Source of the DNA: a virus
DNA: 64,000 nucleotides
IMG/VR virus record: IMGVR_UViG_3300046558_000178
Span: 2,552 to 66,551 of that record
Strand: one strand, 5' to 3'
Of this stretch, positions 35,451-45,423 are shown one piece after another. A program made the position numbers and the translations under genes. The notes under the pieces are model-generated. The model was not told the origin of the DNA and searched no databases. It was given only the letters and a program-made list of their open reading frames with translations. Numbering within the stretch: the stretch's first letter is position 1; each line of letters starts with the position of its first letter.

Positions 35451-36560
35451 ATGACCTTCGCTGACAACTACGCTGGCGCGGCCGGCGCGCCGATTTACTG
35501 CGCCATGGATGCGCCATCGCCTGAACCATTGGGGGCGCTGCCTGCGTGGTTGGTCGGCAAGCCGTTAAACGAATGGTTCGATATACCCGGCACATCGGGA
35601 GCAGGTGGCTGCTCGCTTGAGGAATTCTCCGGCTGGGCGCTTGCCGGAACCAAATTGGTTGCGGCCGCTTGTGGCGGACATCATGTACCCGACAATAGAG
35701 TCAATGCCATCGAGTTGAACGTTGATGCGCCCGCATGGCCGACGACTCCATTGAACGCAGCATCACCATCGTCCGCATGGGCCCCAGATCAGCCTTATTG
35801 CACTGATGGCAAGCCATCGTCTCGGCACATTCGACATACCGCCAAGTGGATGCCAGAACTTAACCGGGTGATGCTGATCGGCGCGCCCGCGCTCTATACG
35901 ATAGTGAGTCCGGGCAGTAAGTCGAATGTGGATGGTTTCAATCTTGACACGAACGCCTGGGATGCAGCCGGGACGTACCCAAATATCATCGGCGGTGATC
36001 CCTATTGTGACGGTGGATCATGCCTTGACCCGAACGGTAACGCATGGGCCTACGGCTGCACGCGGAAATTCGACAAGACCACGCGCACCTGGTCCACCCC
36101 ACTGACCGCGACCGCCCCAAACCGGGTGCGCTTGCCATGGGCGCGTGCCGATGCACTGGACATGATGTTTGGACTGCAGCGCGGCGATGGATGGGCGGGC
36201 GCCGGCGCATCGGCGATCAGGCACGTTGGCAACGTCCAGGCGCAGATAACGTTCAATGCCAGCGCGGTGTACACGCAATTCTTGGCTGATCCAGCCTATG
36301 AGGCGGGCATGGATTATGACCCCGTCAATAACGTATTCCTGTTTTATTCCGGGAACATTGGTGGCTTGATATACAGGATAACGCCGAATACCGGCACCGT
36401 GTGGGACATGGACCTGTTCCCATACGGCCCGGGAAATGTGAACCCCGTCGCATCCACGGCAAGCACGCAAAGCCGGTTCACGTACGTCCCAGCCTTCAGG
36501 GGATTCGTTTTGCTACCCAAAAATTCCAGCAATCTTAAATTCATGAGGACCGCCCCATGA
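35451..36560 (+). CDS. Putative beta-propeller virion protein
   Basis: GGH, DGKPSSRH, repeated FxxxTxxW blades, YDPVNNVFL. Confidence 0.65.
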   Translation: MTFADNYAGAAGAPIYCAMDAPSPEPLGALPAWLVGKPLNEWFDIPGTSGAGGCSLEEFSGWALAGTKLVAAACGGHHVPDNRVNAIELNVDAPAWPTTPLNAASPSSAWAPDQPYCTDGKPSSRHIRHTAKWMPELNRVMLIGAPALYTIVSPGSKSNVDGFNLDTNAWDAAGTYPNIIGGDPYCDGGSCLDPNGNAWAYGCTRKFDKTTRTWSTPLTATAPNRVRLPWARADALDMMFGLQRGDGWAGAGASAIRHVGNVQAQITFNASAVYTQFLADPAYEAGMDYDPVNNVFLFYSGNIGGLIYRITPNTGTVWDMDLFPYGPGNVNPVASTASTQSRFTYVPAFRGFVLLPKNSSNLKFMRTAP

Positions 36561-38890
36561 CCTTCGCGGTACTGACTCATACCAAAGTTGGCGGCGCGAA
36601 CGGCGGCACCACGCCTACGATAGACACTACCGGCGCCAATCTGATCGTCATGTCCGCCGCTTATTCCGGCTCGGCCGCCATCAGCGACAGCAAGGGCAAC
36701 ACGTACACGCTCGGCCTGTCGCGCGGAAGTTCGATCATTGCGCTGTTTTACTGCATCAACCCCATTGTTGGAACCGGGCACACGTTCACCATAGCGGCGT
36801 CGGTGGGTTCAATTACTGTGGCGGCGTTCAGTTCAACGCTGACGCCGGCCGTGGACACTAGCGTGACATCGCAAGGTTCCAATGGCAATGGCCTGAATCA
36901 CACCATTGGTACTTCTGCCCTGACCCCAAGCGGAAACAACGGGTTGGTGGTGTCAGCTGGTAGTTTCCCTGCCGCATACGGCGGCGTGCTGACCGCCGGC
37001 AGCGGCTTCGCACTGGCCGACAGCCAGAACTATGTCAGCGGTACAAATTTCGGCTGCGACCTGGTGTGCCAGATCCAGACCACGGCCAGCACGATCGCGG
37101 CCAATGCGGTGGTGTCCAGTTGGGGGAGTAACGCGCTCGTATCCGATAGTGTTTCCATGGCGTTCAAGGATGTCGTGCCACCCGCGACGATTAACCTCGT
37201 TGGCGCAAGCCTGTCTCAGTCAGCCTCGATCAGCGCCGGCGCGATAACTGTCACGGCAGGTTCCTCGGGCACGGTAGCGATTACCAATCCAGTTTCCTTT
37301 GCCGGCTTCCAGCGCGCGGGCGCCATTGGATCGATCCCGATCACAGGCACGGTGACGGGCGCGGCCGAGGACATCGAGGCAAGCTTTAACGGCGGCGCCT
37401 ACCAGACCATCGCCACGTCCGTCGCGGCAGGCAGTTACAGTGGCGTGCTAACCGGGCAGGCGCAGGGGCAGGGCACTCTCACGGTACGCAAGAAAATCAC
37501 CAACACCGCCTTGGCTACGGTGGCAAACGTCGGCATCGGCGACGTGTTTCTGATCGGCGGTGACAGCATTAGCGAAGGGCGTGGCGCGTCGGCGCAGTCG
37601 TATAGCCACGCCACATTGCACGCTGCGGACTTTCGCCAGGACGACGCATGGAAGGACGGCAACGACGCGACCGACACCGGCACGAGCGCGGGCTCGCATT
37701 GGCCGCTGCTTGCTACGCACATTATGGCCTCGCAGGGTGTGCCGGTGTTCTTCATCTCCTGCGGCACCGGCGGAACCGACGTTGCGGGCTCCAATAGCTC
37801 ATGGGCCAAACCAGGCGGCGACTACAACGTCATGGTGCAGCAGGTGATCGATTCGCGCGCCGGCGGCGTCAAAGCGGTGCTAATGCACCTTGGCCCGAAC
37901 GCGATTGTCAACAGCAACAACGCCGCAATCGCGCTGGCGACCTACCGGACCGCGCTCGACACACTGGCCAGCAACTTGGCCGGTGATGTGGCCGGCGCTC
38001 CTAAGCTTCACGTTGGCATCTGCGGCGAGGTCGGCACCGGGAACCCGCCTGACCGGCGCACGGCCGAGGACAATATCCGTGGCGGTATCTTATCGGCATG
38101 GAATAACAACGGCGCGGCCATCAAGCCCGGCCCGGTGTTGATCGAGCAGGACTACGGCGACAACGTCCATCCGAGCACGACGCCGCAGCTGCAGGTGGTT
38201 GCGGATCGCTGGTGGGCGGCCATCAGCCAATCGCTGTACGGTGGCACGAACGGACGCGGGCCGCGTTTGTCCAGCGCGCAGTGGAACATCGGCCGCACGG
38301 TGCTGACCGTTACATTCGACCGAGCGCTGAAAACCGGCCTGACCTTCGCCACGCAGCCGTGGATCGTTAAGGACAACGGCGCGGCGATGACAGTGAGCAG
38401 CGTCGCATACCACAGCACCAACGCGAGTGCGATCCTGATCACCACCAGCGCCGCTGCGACCGGCCCCGCTAATACCACCACACTGACGTTTGCCAGCGGA
38501 GATGACGCCGTGGGCCGTGTTATCCCGATTTCCACGGATATCACGTTGCCCAGTGCAGGCGCGGTGAACCTGCCGGCCGAGCCGATCTACGCGGCGGCCG
38601 TGGCGGAATTGGTTGCTGGAACTATCACGCACAACCCACTGGCGCGCAACACAGATTCAGGCGCAGCAGGGGCTTCGCGCCAGTTGTGGAACAATGAAGT
38701 AGGCCTGGTTATCTACTTCTACTCGATGACGACCGGCTTGCCGGTGACAAGTAAAACTGGTTGGGCCACGGACGGCGCGGGCGTGCCACCGGCCACGTCG
38801 GATGTGTTGCTGGTGCCTGGAACGAGTTACGATGTGCGCTACGTTCTAGCCGGCGGCGCGCGCGGTTCTGCTGTTTTGGTAGCTGCATGA
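36557..38890 (+). CDS. Virion protein with SGNH/sialate-O-acetylesterase-like domain
   Basis: GIGDVFLIGGDSISEG, GTGGT, DNVHP; flanked by beta-rich domains. Confidence 0.7.
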   Translation: MTFAVLTHTKVGGANGGTTPTIDTTGANLIVMSAAYSGSAAISDSKGNTYTLGLSRGSSIIALFYCINPIVGTGHTFTIAASVGSITVAAFSSTLTPAVDTSVTSQGSNGNGLNHTIGTSALTPSGNNGLVVSAGSFPAAYGGVLTAGSGFALADSQNYVSGTNFGCDLVCQIQTTASTIAANAVVSSWGSNALVSDSVSMAFKDVVPPATINLVGASLSQSASISAGAITVTAGSSGTVAITNPVSFAGFQRAGAIGSIPITGTVTGAAEDIEASFNGGAYQTIATSVAAGSYSGVLTGQAQGQGTLTVRKKITNTALATVANVGIGDVFLIGGDSISEGRGASAQSYSHATLHAADFRQDDAWKDGNDATDTGTSAGSHWPLLATHIMASQGVPVFFISCGTGGTDVAGSNSSWAKPGGDYNVMVQQVIDSRAGGVKAVLMHLGPNAIVNSNNAAIALATYRTALDTLASNLAGDVAGAPKLHVGICGEVGTGNPPDRRTAEDNIRGGILSAWNNNGAAIKPGPVLIEQDYGDNVHPSTTPQLQVVADRWWAAISQSLYGGTNGRGPRLSSAQWNIGRTVLTVTFDRALKTGLTFATQPWIVKDNGAAMTVSSVAYHSTNASAILITTSAAATGPANTTTLTFASGDDAVGRVIPISTDITLPSAGAVNLPAEPIYAAAVAELVAGTITHNPLARNTDSGAAGASRQLWNNEVGLVIYFYSMTTGLPVTSKTGWATDGAGVPPATSDVLLVPGTSYDVRYVLAGGARGSAVLVAA

Positions 38891-41800
38891 GCATCGCCAC
38901 CTTCACCCTGAAGTCGGCGACGAGCTCCGCAGCGGCGCCATTCTCGACCGGCCACGCATTCAAGCGCGGCGACGTGCCGGTCGGGTCGCAGCTTGTTAGC
39001 GGCCTGTCTGATATGCAGGTAGTGGCGAAGAACGCCTGGCCGGACGGCTCGCTGAAGTTCGCCGTGATCTCTGGTCGTGCGGCGCTGACAGGCGGCACCG
39101 CGCTGCCTGTGGTGCTGTCGATCGGCACGCCGGCCGGTGGTACGGCGCTCACCACCGCCGACTTGAAGGCCACCGGCATCACTGCCACCACCGACGCGGG
39201 GGGCTTCGGCTCGGCGTCATGGGCCACCACGGATTGGGATGCGCCGTTGCAGACGTGGATCAGCGGCCCGAGGATGAGCAGCTGGATTTACCGCAAGCAG
39301 ATTGGCAGCGATCCTCATCTGGTGGCCTTTCTGGAGGTGCGGCTGTATGCTGGCGGCGAGGTGAACGTGCTGCCGTGGTTGGAGAACGGCTACTTCCGCG
39401 TGGCGGCTCCAACCAATAAGAGCGACACCTACACCTTCACGCTGGGTGGCACCTCGCGTTTTAGTCTGGCCATCGACCTGAAACACCATCAGCGCACGGT
39501 GCTGATCAACGGCACGGCACTATCCTATTGGCTTGGTGTGGAGCCTGGCGTGACGCCACTGGTGGATCCCGCTTACATCCAGGCCACCGAACTGGTGCCG
39601 ACATACTCCGCCGTGCTGGCGGCTGGCGCGGCCCGCGTGACTGCGCAGGTGGCGACCTTTGCCCCGCTCCAGCAGGGTAATTTCGACTACAGCTCCGATT
39701 CGATGGCGCAGTCCGGCTACCAGCGCCCAATTGGCCTGCTGCCGGAGCACGACATGCTGTACCTGGTGGCTGATCCTGCTGACCGCCCGGCACTGCACGC
39801 CTCAGTGGTGCGCAATGGCTACTCCGCCGGCCGCTATGGCATCCACTTCCGCGACGAGACGACAATAACGCAGAGCCCACCAGCATTCTCCAGCTACCCG
39901 ACACTGGTGTTGGACCCTGCTGGTATCAAGGACACCGGTGGCTCGACCACCAGCACCTACACGCCGGCCACCACAGGTGGCAGCGGTCCTCAGTGGGACG
40001 CGGCGCACTGCCCCAGCGTGGGCTACATGGCGTATCTGCTGACCGGACGTTTTTACTTCAAAGAGGAAGTCCAGTTCGCCACCATCGCCAACCATTTCGC
40101 GGTCACCGATTGGGTGCGTGGTGGCGGCAATGGCACGCCGGCCTACACCCCAAGGGCTGGATTCACTGGCGCGTCCGGCATCTGCAACTCGATGACGCAG
40201 ACACGACAAGGTTCCTGGCGTTTCCGCACGCTGGCGCAGGCGCTCGCCGCCACGCCGGATGCGGGCGACCCTTTGCGCAGCGAGTTGGTGGCCAGCGTCG
40301 AGGCAAATTGCGAGTACTTCCACCAGATATATGTGGCGCAGTCCAACAATCCGTTTGGCGTCATCGAGCCGGCAGCGGACGAGATTTACACCGACGTTGC
40401 CACCGACCGGCGCATGGTGCCAATCTGGCAGCAGGATTTCGGCACCGCCGCATGGGGTATGGCGCTCGCGCTTGACCTGCCAATATCGACCGCCAAAAAA
40501 GTCAAGATGGTGGCTTTCTTCGCATGGAAAGCCAGGTCGGTCGTGCATCGCCTGGGCCTTTCATCCGGTTACCGCTTCGAGCAGGCCGGCGTGTATGAAT
40601 ACCCTGCCTCGGCGTCCACCACGCCGGATTTTCAGCATGGCACCGGCCCATGGTACGCCGATGACGCGGCGGCCTACGCGGCCACATCGGTGGGCAAGCA
40701 AGCCCGCGCGCAGACTGACAATGTGCTGGATTACTTCCTGGTTGATTACGGTCCGCCCGAGAAAAGCGTGTGGGCCAACCTGGTGCCAGCCATCGCCTAC
40801 GCCACCCGCCATGGGGTGACTGGCGCCGTGGCCGCCTACGTGCGCCTGACCGGCGCATCCAACTACTCAACAATGACGGCTGGTTTCAACACCACGCCAG
40901 TCTGGTCGGTGATGCCGGCTGCAGCGACGGTGCTGTCACCGGCGGTAGGTATAGGCCACGTTACGCGTGTGGACACCACCGACTATATCAGCGGCGTGAC
41001 GGTGTGCGGCGATGCCGGCTTCGGCGTGCTGGCGTCCGAGATCCCGGAAGGTTTCGCGAATCCGTCTATGCTGGCCAACGACGTGGATGGCGCAGACCCG
41101 GCGAACACCGTCTACCGAGTGCAGGTGCTGACGGGGCCCAGCGTGGGCTCGCTTGTCGTGTACGAGGATGGCTCCGCCGTCTACACGCCGCCAAGCGCCG
41201 GCTACGTCGGCGTGGCAGCCGGTACGCATCGCGTCTGGAAGAACAATGAGCCGGCCTACGACGATACCTACAGCTTCACCAGCGGCAGCCAGGTCGGCAC
41301 CGCCAACCTGACCGGGGCCAATCTCAGCGGGCCAGCCACGGTGTCGGTGGGTGCAGTTACGGTGACTCGCACCGTGAACCTGACCGGCACGAACCTGTCG
41401 CAGTCGGCCACGGTCACCAGTGGTGCCGTCACCGTCCCGCACGCTGTGAACTTGGCCGGCGCCGACCTGAGCCAAACAGCCATCGTGAGCAGCGGCGCGG
41501 TGACGATAACGCCGCCGGCGCCGCCTCCGCTAGATCTGCGCTTTGCTCGCCCAACGGCAGATGTCACTGCCGGCGACTGGCTGCCGTCGTCCGGATCCAG
41601 CCTGTGCACCATGATAAACGAGCCGAGCGCGGACAATTCCGACTTCATCTACACCACCACGCCGGGGAGTTCTGCGGAGGTCCTGCTGAATCCGGTACAA
41701 GATCCTGGCACCAGCAACGGCCAAGTGGTGCGGTATCAGGTGTGGTCTCTTACTGGCGCCGGCGTGACTGTGGAGTTTAAGCAAGGCGCCCAAGTCATCG

Positions 41801-41922
41801 CTAGATGGAACCACGCGACGCTGCCAACGGTACCAACGATTTATGCCCGGATGCTCTCACCATCGGAATGCGACAGCATCACCGACTATACCAACCTACA
41901 GATTAAATTCACGGCGGTGTAA
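38887..41922 (+). CDS. Large virion protein, polysaccharide-lyase-like (PcRGLX/YetA-like) N-terminal region
   Basis: AFKRGDVP...WPDGSLKFA motif, helical middle, three 24-aa repeats near C-terminus. Confidence 0.65.
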   Translation: MSIATFTLKSATSSAAAPFSTGHAFKRGDVPVGSQLVSGLSDMQVVAKNAWPDGSLKFAVISGRAALTGGTALPVVLSIGTPAGGTALTTADLKATGITATTDAGGFGSASWATTDWDAPLQTWISGPRMSSWIYRKQIGSDPHLVAFLEVRLYAGGEVNVLPWLENGYFRVAAPTNKSDTYTFTLGGTSRFSLAIDLKHHQRTVLINGTALSYWLGVEPGVTPLVDPAYIQATELVPTYSAVLAAGAARVTAQVATFAPLQQGNFDYSSDSMAQSGYQRPIGLLPEHDMLYLVADPADRPALHASVVRNGYSAGRYGIHFRDETTITQSPPAFSSYPTLVLDPAGIKDTGGSTTSTYTPATTGGSGPQWDAAHCPSVGYMAYLLTGRFYFKEEVQFATIANHFAVTDWVRGGGNGTPAYTPRAGFTGASGICNSMTQTRQGSWRFRTLAQALAATPDAGDPLRSELVASVEANCEYFHQIYVAQSNNPFGVIEPAADEIYTDVATDRRMVPIWQQDFGTAAWGMALALDLPISTAKKVKMVAFFAWKARSVVHRLGLSSGYRFEQAGVYEYPASASTTPDFQHGTGPWYADDAAAYAATSVGKQARAQTDNVLDYFLVDYGPPEKSVWANLVPAIAYATRHGVTGAVAAYVRLTGASNYSTMTAGFNTTPVWSVMPAAATVLSPAVGIGHVTRVDTTDYISGVTVCGDAGFGVLASEIPEGFANPSMLANDVDGADPANTVYRVQVLTGPSVGSLVVYEDGSAVYTPPSAGYVGVAAGTHRVWKNNEPAYDDTYSFTSGSQVGTANLTGANLSGPATVSVGAVTVTRTVNLTGTNLSQSATVTSGAVTVPHAVNLAGADLSQTAIVSSGAVTITPPAPPPLDLRFARPTADVTAGDWLPSSGSSLCTMINEPSADNSDFIYTTTPGSSAEVLLNPVQDPGTSNGQVVRYQVWSLTGAGVTVEFKQGAQVIARWNHATLPTVPTIYARMLSPSECDSITDYTNLQIKFTAV

Positions 41923-42102
41923 ATGGACGTCAGAGTCGGTGAAGTTTATTTCGATGCTCTCGGCAATGCAACAAACGTCGGATGGGTGGAGTTTGATGTG
42001 ATGGCCGTTGTTTGTGTCCGAGGGCCAGAAGGCCCCGGATATACTCCTCACCGAAATGAGCAAATGACCCGACCAGTCGCAATACAAAGGAACGACCGAT
42101 GA
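41923..42102 (+). CDS. 59-aa hypothetical protein (not in ORF track)
   Basis: Abuts upstream stop, ATGA overlap downstream. Confidence 0.55.
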   Translation: MDVRVGEVYFDALGNATNVGWVEFDVMAVVCVRGPEGPGYTPHRNEQMTRPVAIQRNDR

Positions 42103-42659
42103 CCACACGACTGATCACGCCGCCGGCCGCGCTGCCGGTCACTTTGGCAGCCGCAAAGAAGAATTTAAAGATCGACGGAACCGATCAAGACGATGAGGTC
42201 AGTGACTGGGTGAGGGGCATTGCGTCACACGTCGAGCACTACACGGGCCGCGCGCTGATCGCGCAACAGTGGCGCGTGACGCTCGACAGGTTCCCTGACG
42301 CCATCAACCTCGAAAAATCACCCATCGTGTCGGTGGAAGGCGTGCAGTTCCTCGATGCGGATGGTGTGCTTCAGACACTGGACCCGGCTGATTACATTGT
42401 CGACGCGGTCTCCGAGCCTGGCTATGTGGTGCCGGGGCGCGGCAAGGCGTGGCCAGCCACCTATCGGGAGATCAATGCCGTGAGCGTGGACTACACCTGC
42501 GGATACGGCGCCAGCCCGGCGGCTATCCCGGCTGGAATCAAGCTGTACATCCTGGCGAAGCTACGCGAACAGTTCGACCCGGCGGTGCGCATGGAGCGTG
42601 ATACCGTCCAGAGCAGTTTCATCGACAGCCAACTGGACCCATTCAAGGTGTACGCATGA
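42099..42659 (+). CDS. Head-tail connector (phiE125 gp8-like)
   Basis: PVTLAAAKKNLKID...EHYTGRALIAQQW. Confidence 0.88.
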   Translation: MTTRLITPPAALPVTLAAAKKNLKIDGTDQDDEVSDWVRGIASHVEHYTGRALIAQQWRVTLDRFPDAINLEKSPIVSVEGVQFLDADGVLQTLDPADYIVDAVSEPGYVVPGRGKAWPATYREINAVSVDYTCGYGASPAAIPAGIKLYILAKLREQFDPAVRMERDTVQSSFIDSQLDPFKVYA

Positions 42660-42976
42660 GCTTCGCCGCCACGCTACGCCACAAAGTCTCAATCCAAGAG
42701 CTTCCGTCCGGTAGTGACGCCAACGGCCAACCGCTGACCGACTGGGTGGAGCTATGCGCGCCATACGCGGATATCCTCGGCACCGGTGGGTTAGAGACGA
42801 TCAAGGGCGGAGCAGTCACCTCCATTGTGAAGAAGTCAATCAGGATCCGTTACCGGACCAACGTGACTGCGGGCATGCGGGTGGTGCACGGCGTGACGAT
42901 CTACAACATCCTGGCCGTGGTACCTGACGAACGCGGCCGAGTTTATACGGACCTTATCTGCGAGACGACCGGATGA
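42656..42976 (+). CDS. Head closure protein
   Basis: LRHKVSIQ...IRIRYR..VTAGMRV. Confidence 0.88.
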   Translation: MSFAATLRHKVSIQELPSGSDANGQPLTDWVELCAPYADILGTGGLETIKGGAVTSIVKKSIRIRYRTNVTAGMRVVHGVTIYNILAVVPDERGRVYTDLICETTG

Positions 42977-43494
42977 CACTCCTTCGCGTTGATATGGCCG
43001 GGCTGAACGACATATTGGACCAGATTGGCGACCACGCCGAGGCAGCAGCGCGCCCAGCCGCGCAGGCTGCCGCGCAGGTTCTGTATGACGAGGTGGGGAG
43101 GAACGTGGCACTCTTGGGCCGAAAGACGGGCAACTTGACCAGCGCCATATACCAGGCCTTTTCCTCAGCTAATAGCGGGCCAGGACATGCGACTTACCAC
43201 GTGAGCTGGAATAAGCGCAAAGCGCCGCATGGAGGTCTGGTCGAGTTCGGACACATCCAGCGCTACGTCTCGTATGTGGGGAGTGACGGCAATTGGTACA
43301 CCGCAATCCGCCCTTCGATGAGAGGAAAGCCAAAGCCGACACGGAATGCCTCCCAGGCCGTGAAGGATGCCTATTACGTGCTGCTGCCGGCGCCCAAGCA
43401 GGTCGCCGCGCAGTCGTTCGTCCGCAAAGCGACATCAAAGTTCGATGCAGCGGCGGCCGCCGCGCAGGCAAAGTTGCTTGAGGAAATTCAATGA
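42973..43494 (+). CDS. HK97 gp10-like tail completion protein
   Basis: KTGNLTSAI, APHGGLVEFGH, SFVRKA. Confidence 0.82.
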   Translation: MTLLRVDMAGLNDILDQIGDHAEAAARPAAQAAAQVLYDEVGRNVALLGRKTGNLTSAIYQAFSSANSGPGHATYHVSWNKRKAPHGGLVEFGHIQRYVSYVGSDGNWYTAIRPSMRGKPKPTRNASQAVKDAYYVLLPAPKQVAAQSFVRKATSKFDAAAAAAQAKLLEEIQ

Positions 43495-43844
43495 CACTGG
43501 AATTGACCTTGGTGGCCGTGTTGAAAACGGTCTGCGTCCGGACCTTCACTGACTTCGCTCAGCCAAATACTGCGCGCCCATACGTCACCTTTCAACAAAT
43601 TGGTGGCCAGGCAATAGAAGTGCTGGGTAAGGAGGTTCCTTCGAAGGAAAACGCCGAGATGCAAATAAACGTTTGGGCGGATTCCCGCCCTGAAGCGAAG
43701 GCGTTGATTAAGAGCATTGAGCAGGCCCTCATCCTGAGTACAGAATTTCAAGCCACTCCACTGGCCGCGGCCGCCTCCGACTTTGACTCGAGCATCCCGG
43801 TCTATAGCAGCAGGCAGGACTTCAGCATATGGGCTGACCGGTAA
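43491..43844 (+). CDS. DUF3168 tail terminator
   Basis: PYVTFQQIGG, QINVWA, QDFSIW. Confidence 0.85.
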   Translation: MTLELTLVAVLKTVCVRTFTDFAQPNTARPYVTFQQIGGQAIEVLGKEVPSKENAEMQINVWADSRPEAKALIKSIEQALILSTEFQATPLAAAASDFDSSIPVYSSRQDFSIWADR

Positions 43845-43865
43845 CGCGCCCAATTCAAAAAAACA

Positions 43866-43940
43866 AGCCGCCTTGAGAAATCAGGCGGCTTTTTTCATGC
43901 CCGAAAGGGTTTCACGACGCCCGCTTTTGCGGGTTTTTTC
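43866..43940 (+). terminator. Tandem hairpin/T-tract elements before tail tube gene
   Basis: AGCCGCCTTGA-GAAA-TCAGGCGGCT-T6 and CCCGC-TTTT-GCGGG-T6. Confidence 0.6.
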
Positions 43941-43958
43941 ATTTTAGAGGCCCACAAA

Positions 43959-44606
43959 ATGGCGTTTTCGCTTCCCAATGGCACCAGCTATTCGCTGGCC
44001 GCCACCTATGCAGCCGCAATCGCAGTCACCGCCGCCACGAACGCGTCCGAGGCAGTCCTGACCACAGCAGCAAACACCTACGCAGTGGGTGACCTGCTGG
44101 AATACACGTCGGGATGGACCCGGGCAAACAATCGCATTTTCCGCGTCAAGCTAGCGACCGGTACGAGCGCGACCCTGGAAGGGTTCGATACCACCCTGAC
44201 TTCGCTATTCCCCGCCGGCGCTGGCGTGGGCTCGCTCCGCAAAATCCTGACCTGGACGCCGATCACCCAAGTGATCTCCTGCGAACCTTCGGGCGGCGAC
44301 GCGAAGTTTGCGACGGTCGAGCCGATGGATACCGACACGGAACTCAACATCCCTGCCGGTTACTCGGCCCAGTCGTTGGCCATGACCATCGGCGACGACC
44401 CAACTCTGCCCCATCACGCGGCGCTGAAGGCCGTATCCGATGCGCGCAAGATCAACGCTCTGCAAGCCCAATTGCCGAGCGGCAGCAAGATCTTCTACAA
44501 CGGTTATTGCACGTTCGATGAAACGCCGTCGCTGACGAAAGGCCAGGTCATGGCCGTGAAGGCGAGCTTCGCCTTGCAGGGACGCGCGGTCCGTTACGCC
44601 AGCTAA
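43959..44606 (+). CDS. Major tail tube protein
   Basis: MAFSLPNGT...TNASEAV...SGWTRANNRIFRV; position. Confidence 0.88.
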   Translation: MAFSLPNGTSYSLAATYAAAIAVTAATNASEAVLTTAANTYAVGDLLEYTSGWTRANNRIFRVKLATGTSATLEGFDTTLTSLFPAGAGVGSLRKILTWTPITQVISCEPSGGDAKFATVEPMDTDTELNIPAGYSAQSLAMTIGDDPTLPHHAALKAVSDARKINALQAQLPSGSKIFYNGYCTFDETPSLTKGQVMAVKASFALQGRAVRYAS

Positions 44607-44691
44607 CCACCACGTTTTCGCCCGGTCGAGGGCTTTCCAGCCGGCGGGTCATTCCCGTCGGTCTTTTTCACCCACCAGAAAGAAAACAATT

Positions 44692-45114
44692 ATGGCGAAA
44701 ATTATCCTCGGCAAACCGCCGGAGTCGTTCCAGCGCACCCTGGCTTTCCTGCAAGTAGACGGCAGCCCTGGCAGTATGGGCGTGACTTACATCTACCGTA
44801 CCCGCACCGAATTCGGCGCCTTCACTGACGGCCTGATCGAACAGGGCCGCGCCGCTGCCGCCGCCGAAATGGACAAGCTAGCCGACTTGGCCAAGCAGGG
44901 CCAACCCATCCCCGAACTGACCCAATCGGAGATCCTTGCCCGTGAAGCGAAGGCGAATGTCGGCTACGTCATGAGCTGCATCAAGGGCTGGGACTTGGAC
45001 GTCCCATTCGACCTGGCCGCCGTCATGCAGCTGGCTGATGAAGTTCCTGCTGCGATCCACTCGATCTGCGACAACTACCGCGCCGCTATCGTCGAAGGCC
45101 GCCAGGGAAACTGA
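44692..45114 (+). CDS. Tail assembly chaperone (gpG-like)
   Basis: GWDLDVPF...EGRQGN ending on slippery GGGAAAC. Confidence 0.88.
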   Translation: MAKIILGKPPESFQRTLAFLQVDGSPGSMGVTYIYRTRTEFGAFTDGLIEQGRAAAAAEMDKLADLAKQGQPIPELTQSEILAREAKANVGYVMSCIKGWDLDVPFDLAAVMQLADEVPAAIHSICDNYRAAIVEGRQGN

Positions 45115-45416
45115 CCGGCGCCGCCCGCGCACTGTACACGCCTGGCCCGACCGACGATCAGCTGAAATCTGCCGGCCTGACCCGTGCCGACTTCACCGAA
45201 AACGACTTCGAAGTGTGGCCGGAAAACTGGCCGGCATTTCGGTTGTTGGTCGACCTGCAGACACAGTGGCGCGGTGGCGGCGCCGGCCTGGACTACAACG
45301 TCATGTTCCACAAGATGGACCGCATAGGCCTGACTTCCGAGCAATACGATGCCCTGGAGGATGATATGCGCATCCTGGAACAGGCAGCAATGAGCGCGAT
45401 GCACGAGAAAGATTGA
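45105..45416 (+). CDS. gpT-like -1 frameshift extension (DUF1799-like)
   Basis: -1 frame open from slippery site: VWPENWPAF...TQWR...GLDY. Confidence 0.8.
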   Translation, partial: GKLTGAARALYTPGPTDDQLKSAGLTRADFTENDFEVWPENWPAFRLLVDLQTQWRGGGAGLDYNVMFHKMDRIGLTSEQYDALEDDMRILEQAAMSAMHEKD

Positions 45417-45423
45417 GGAATCG

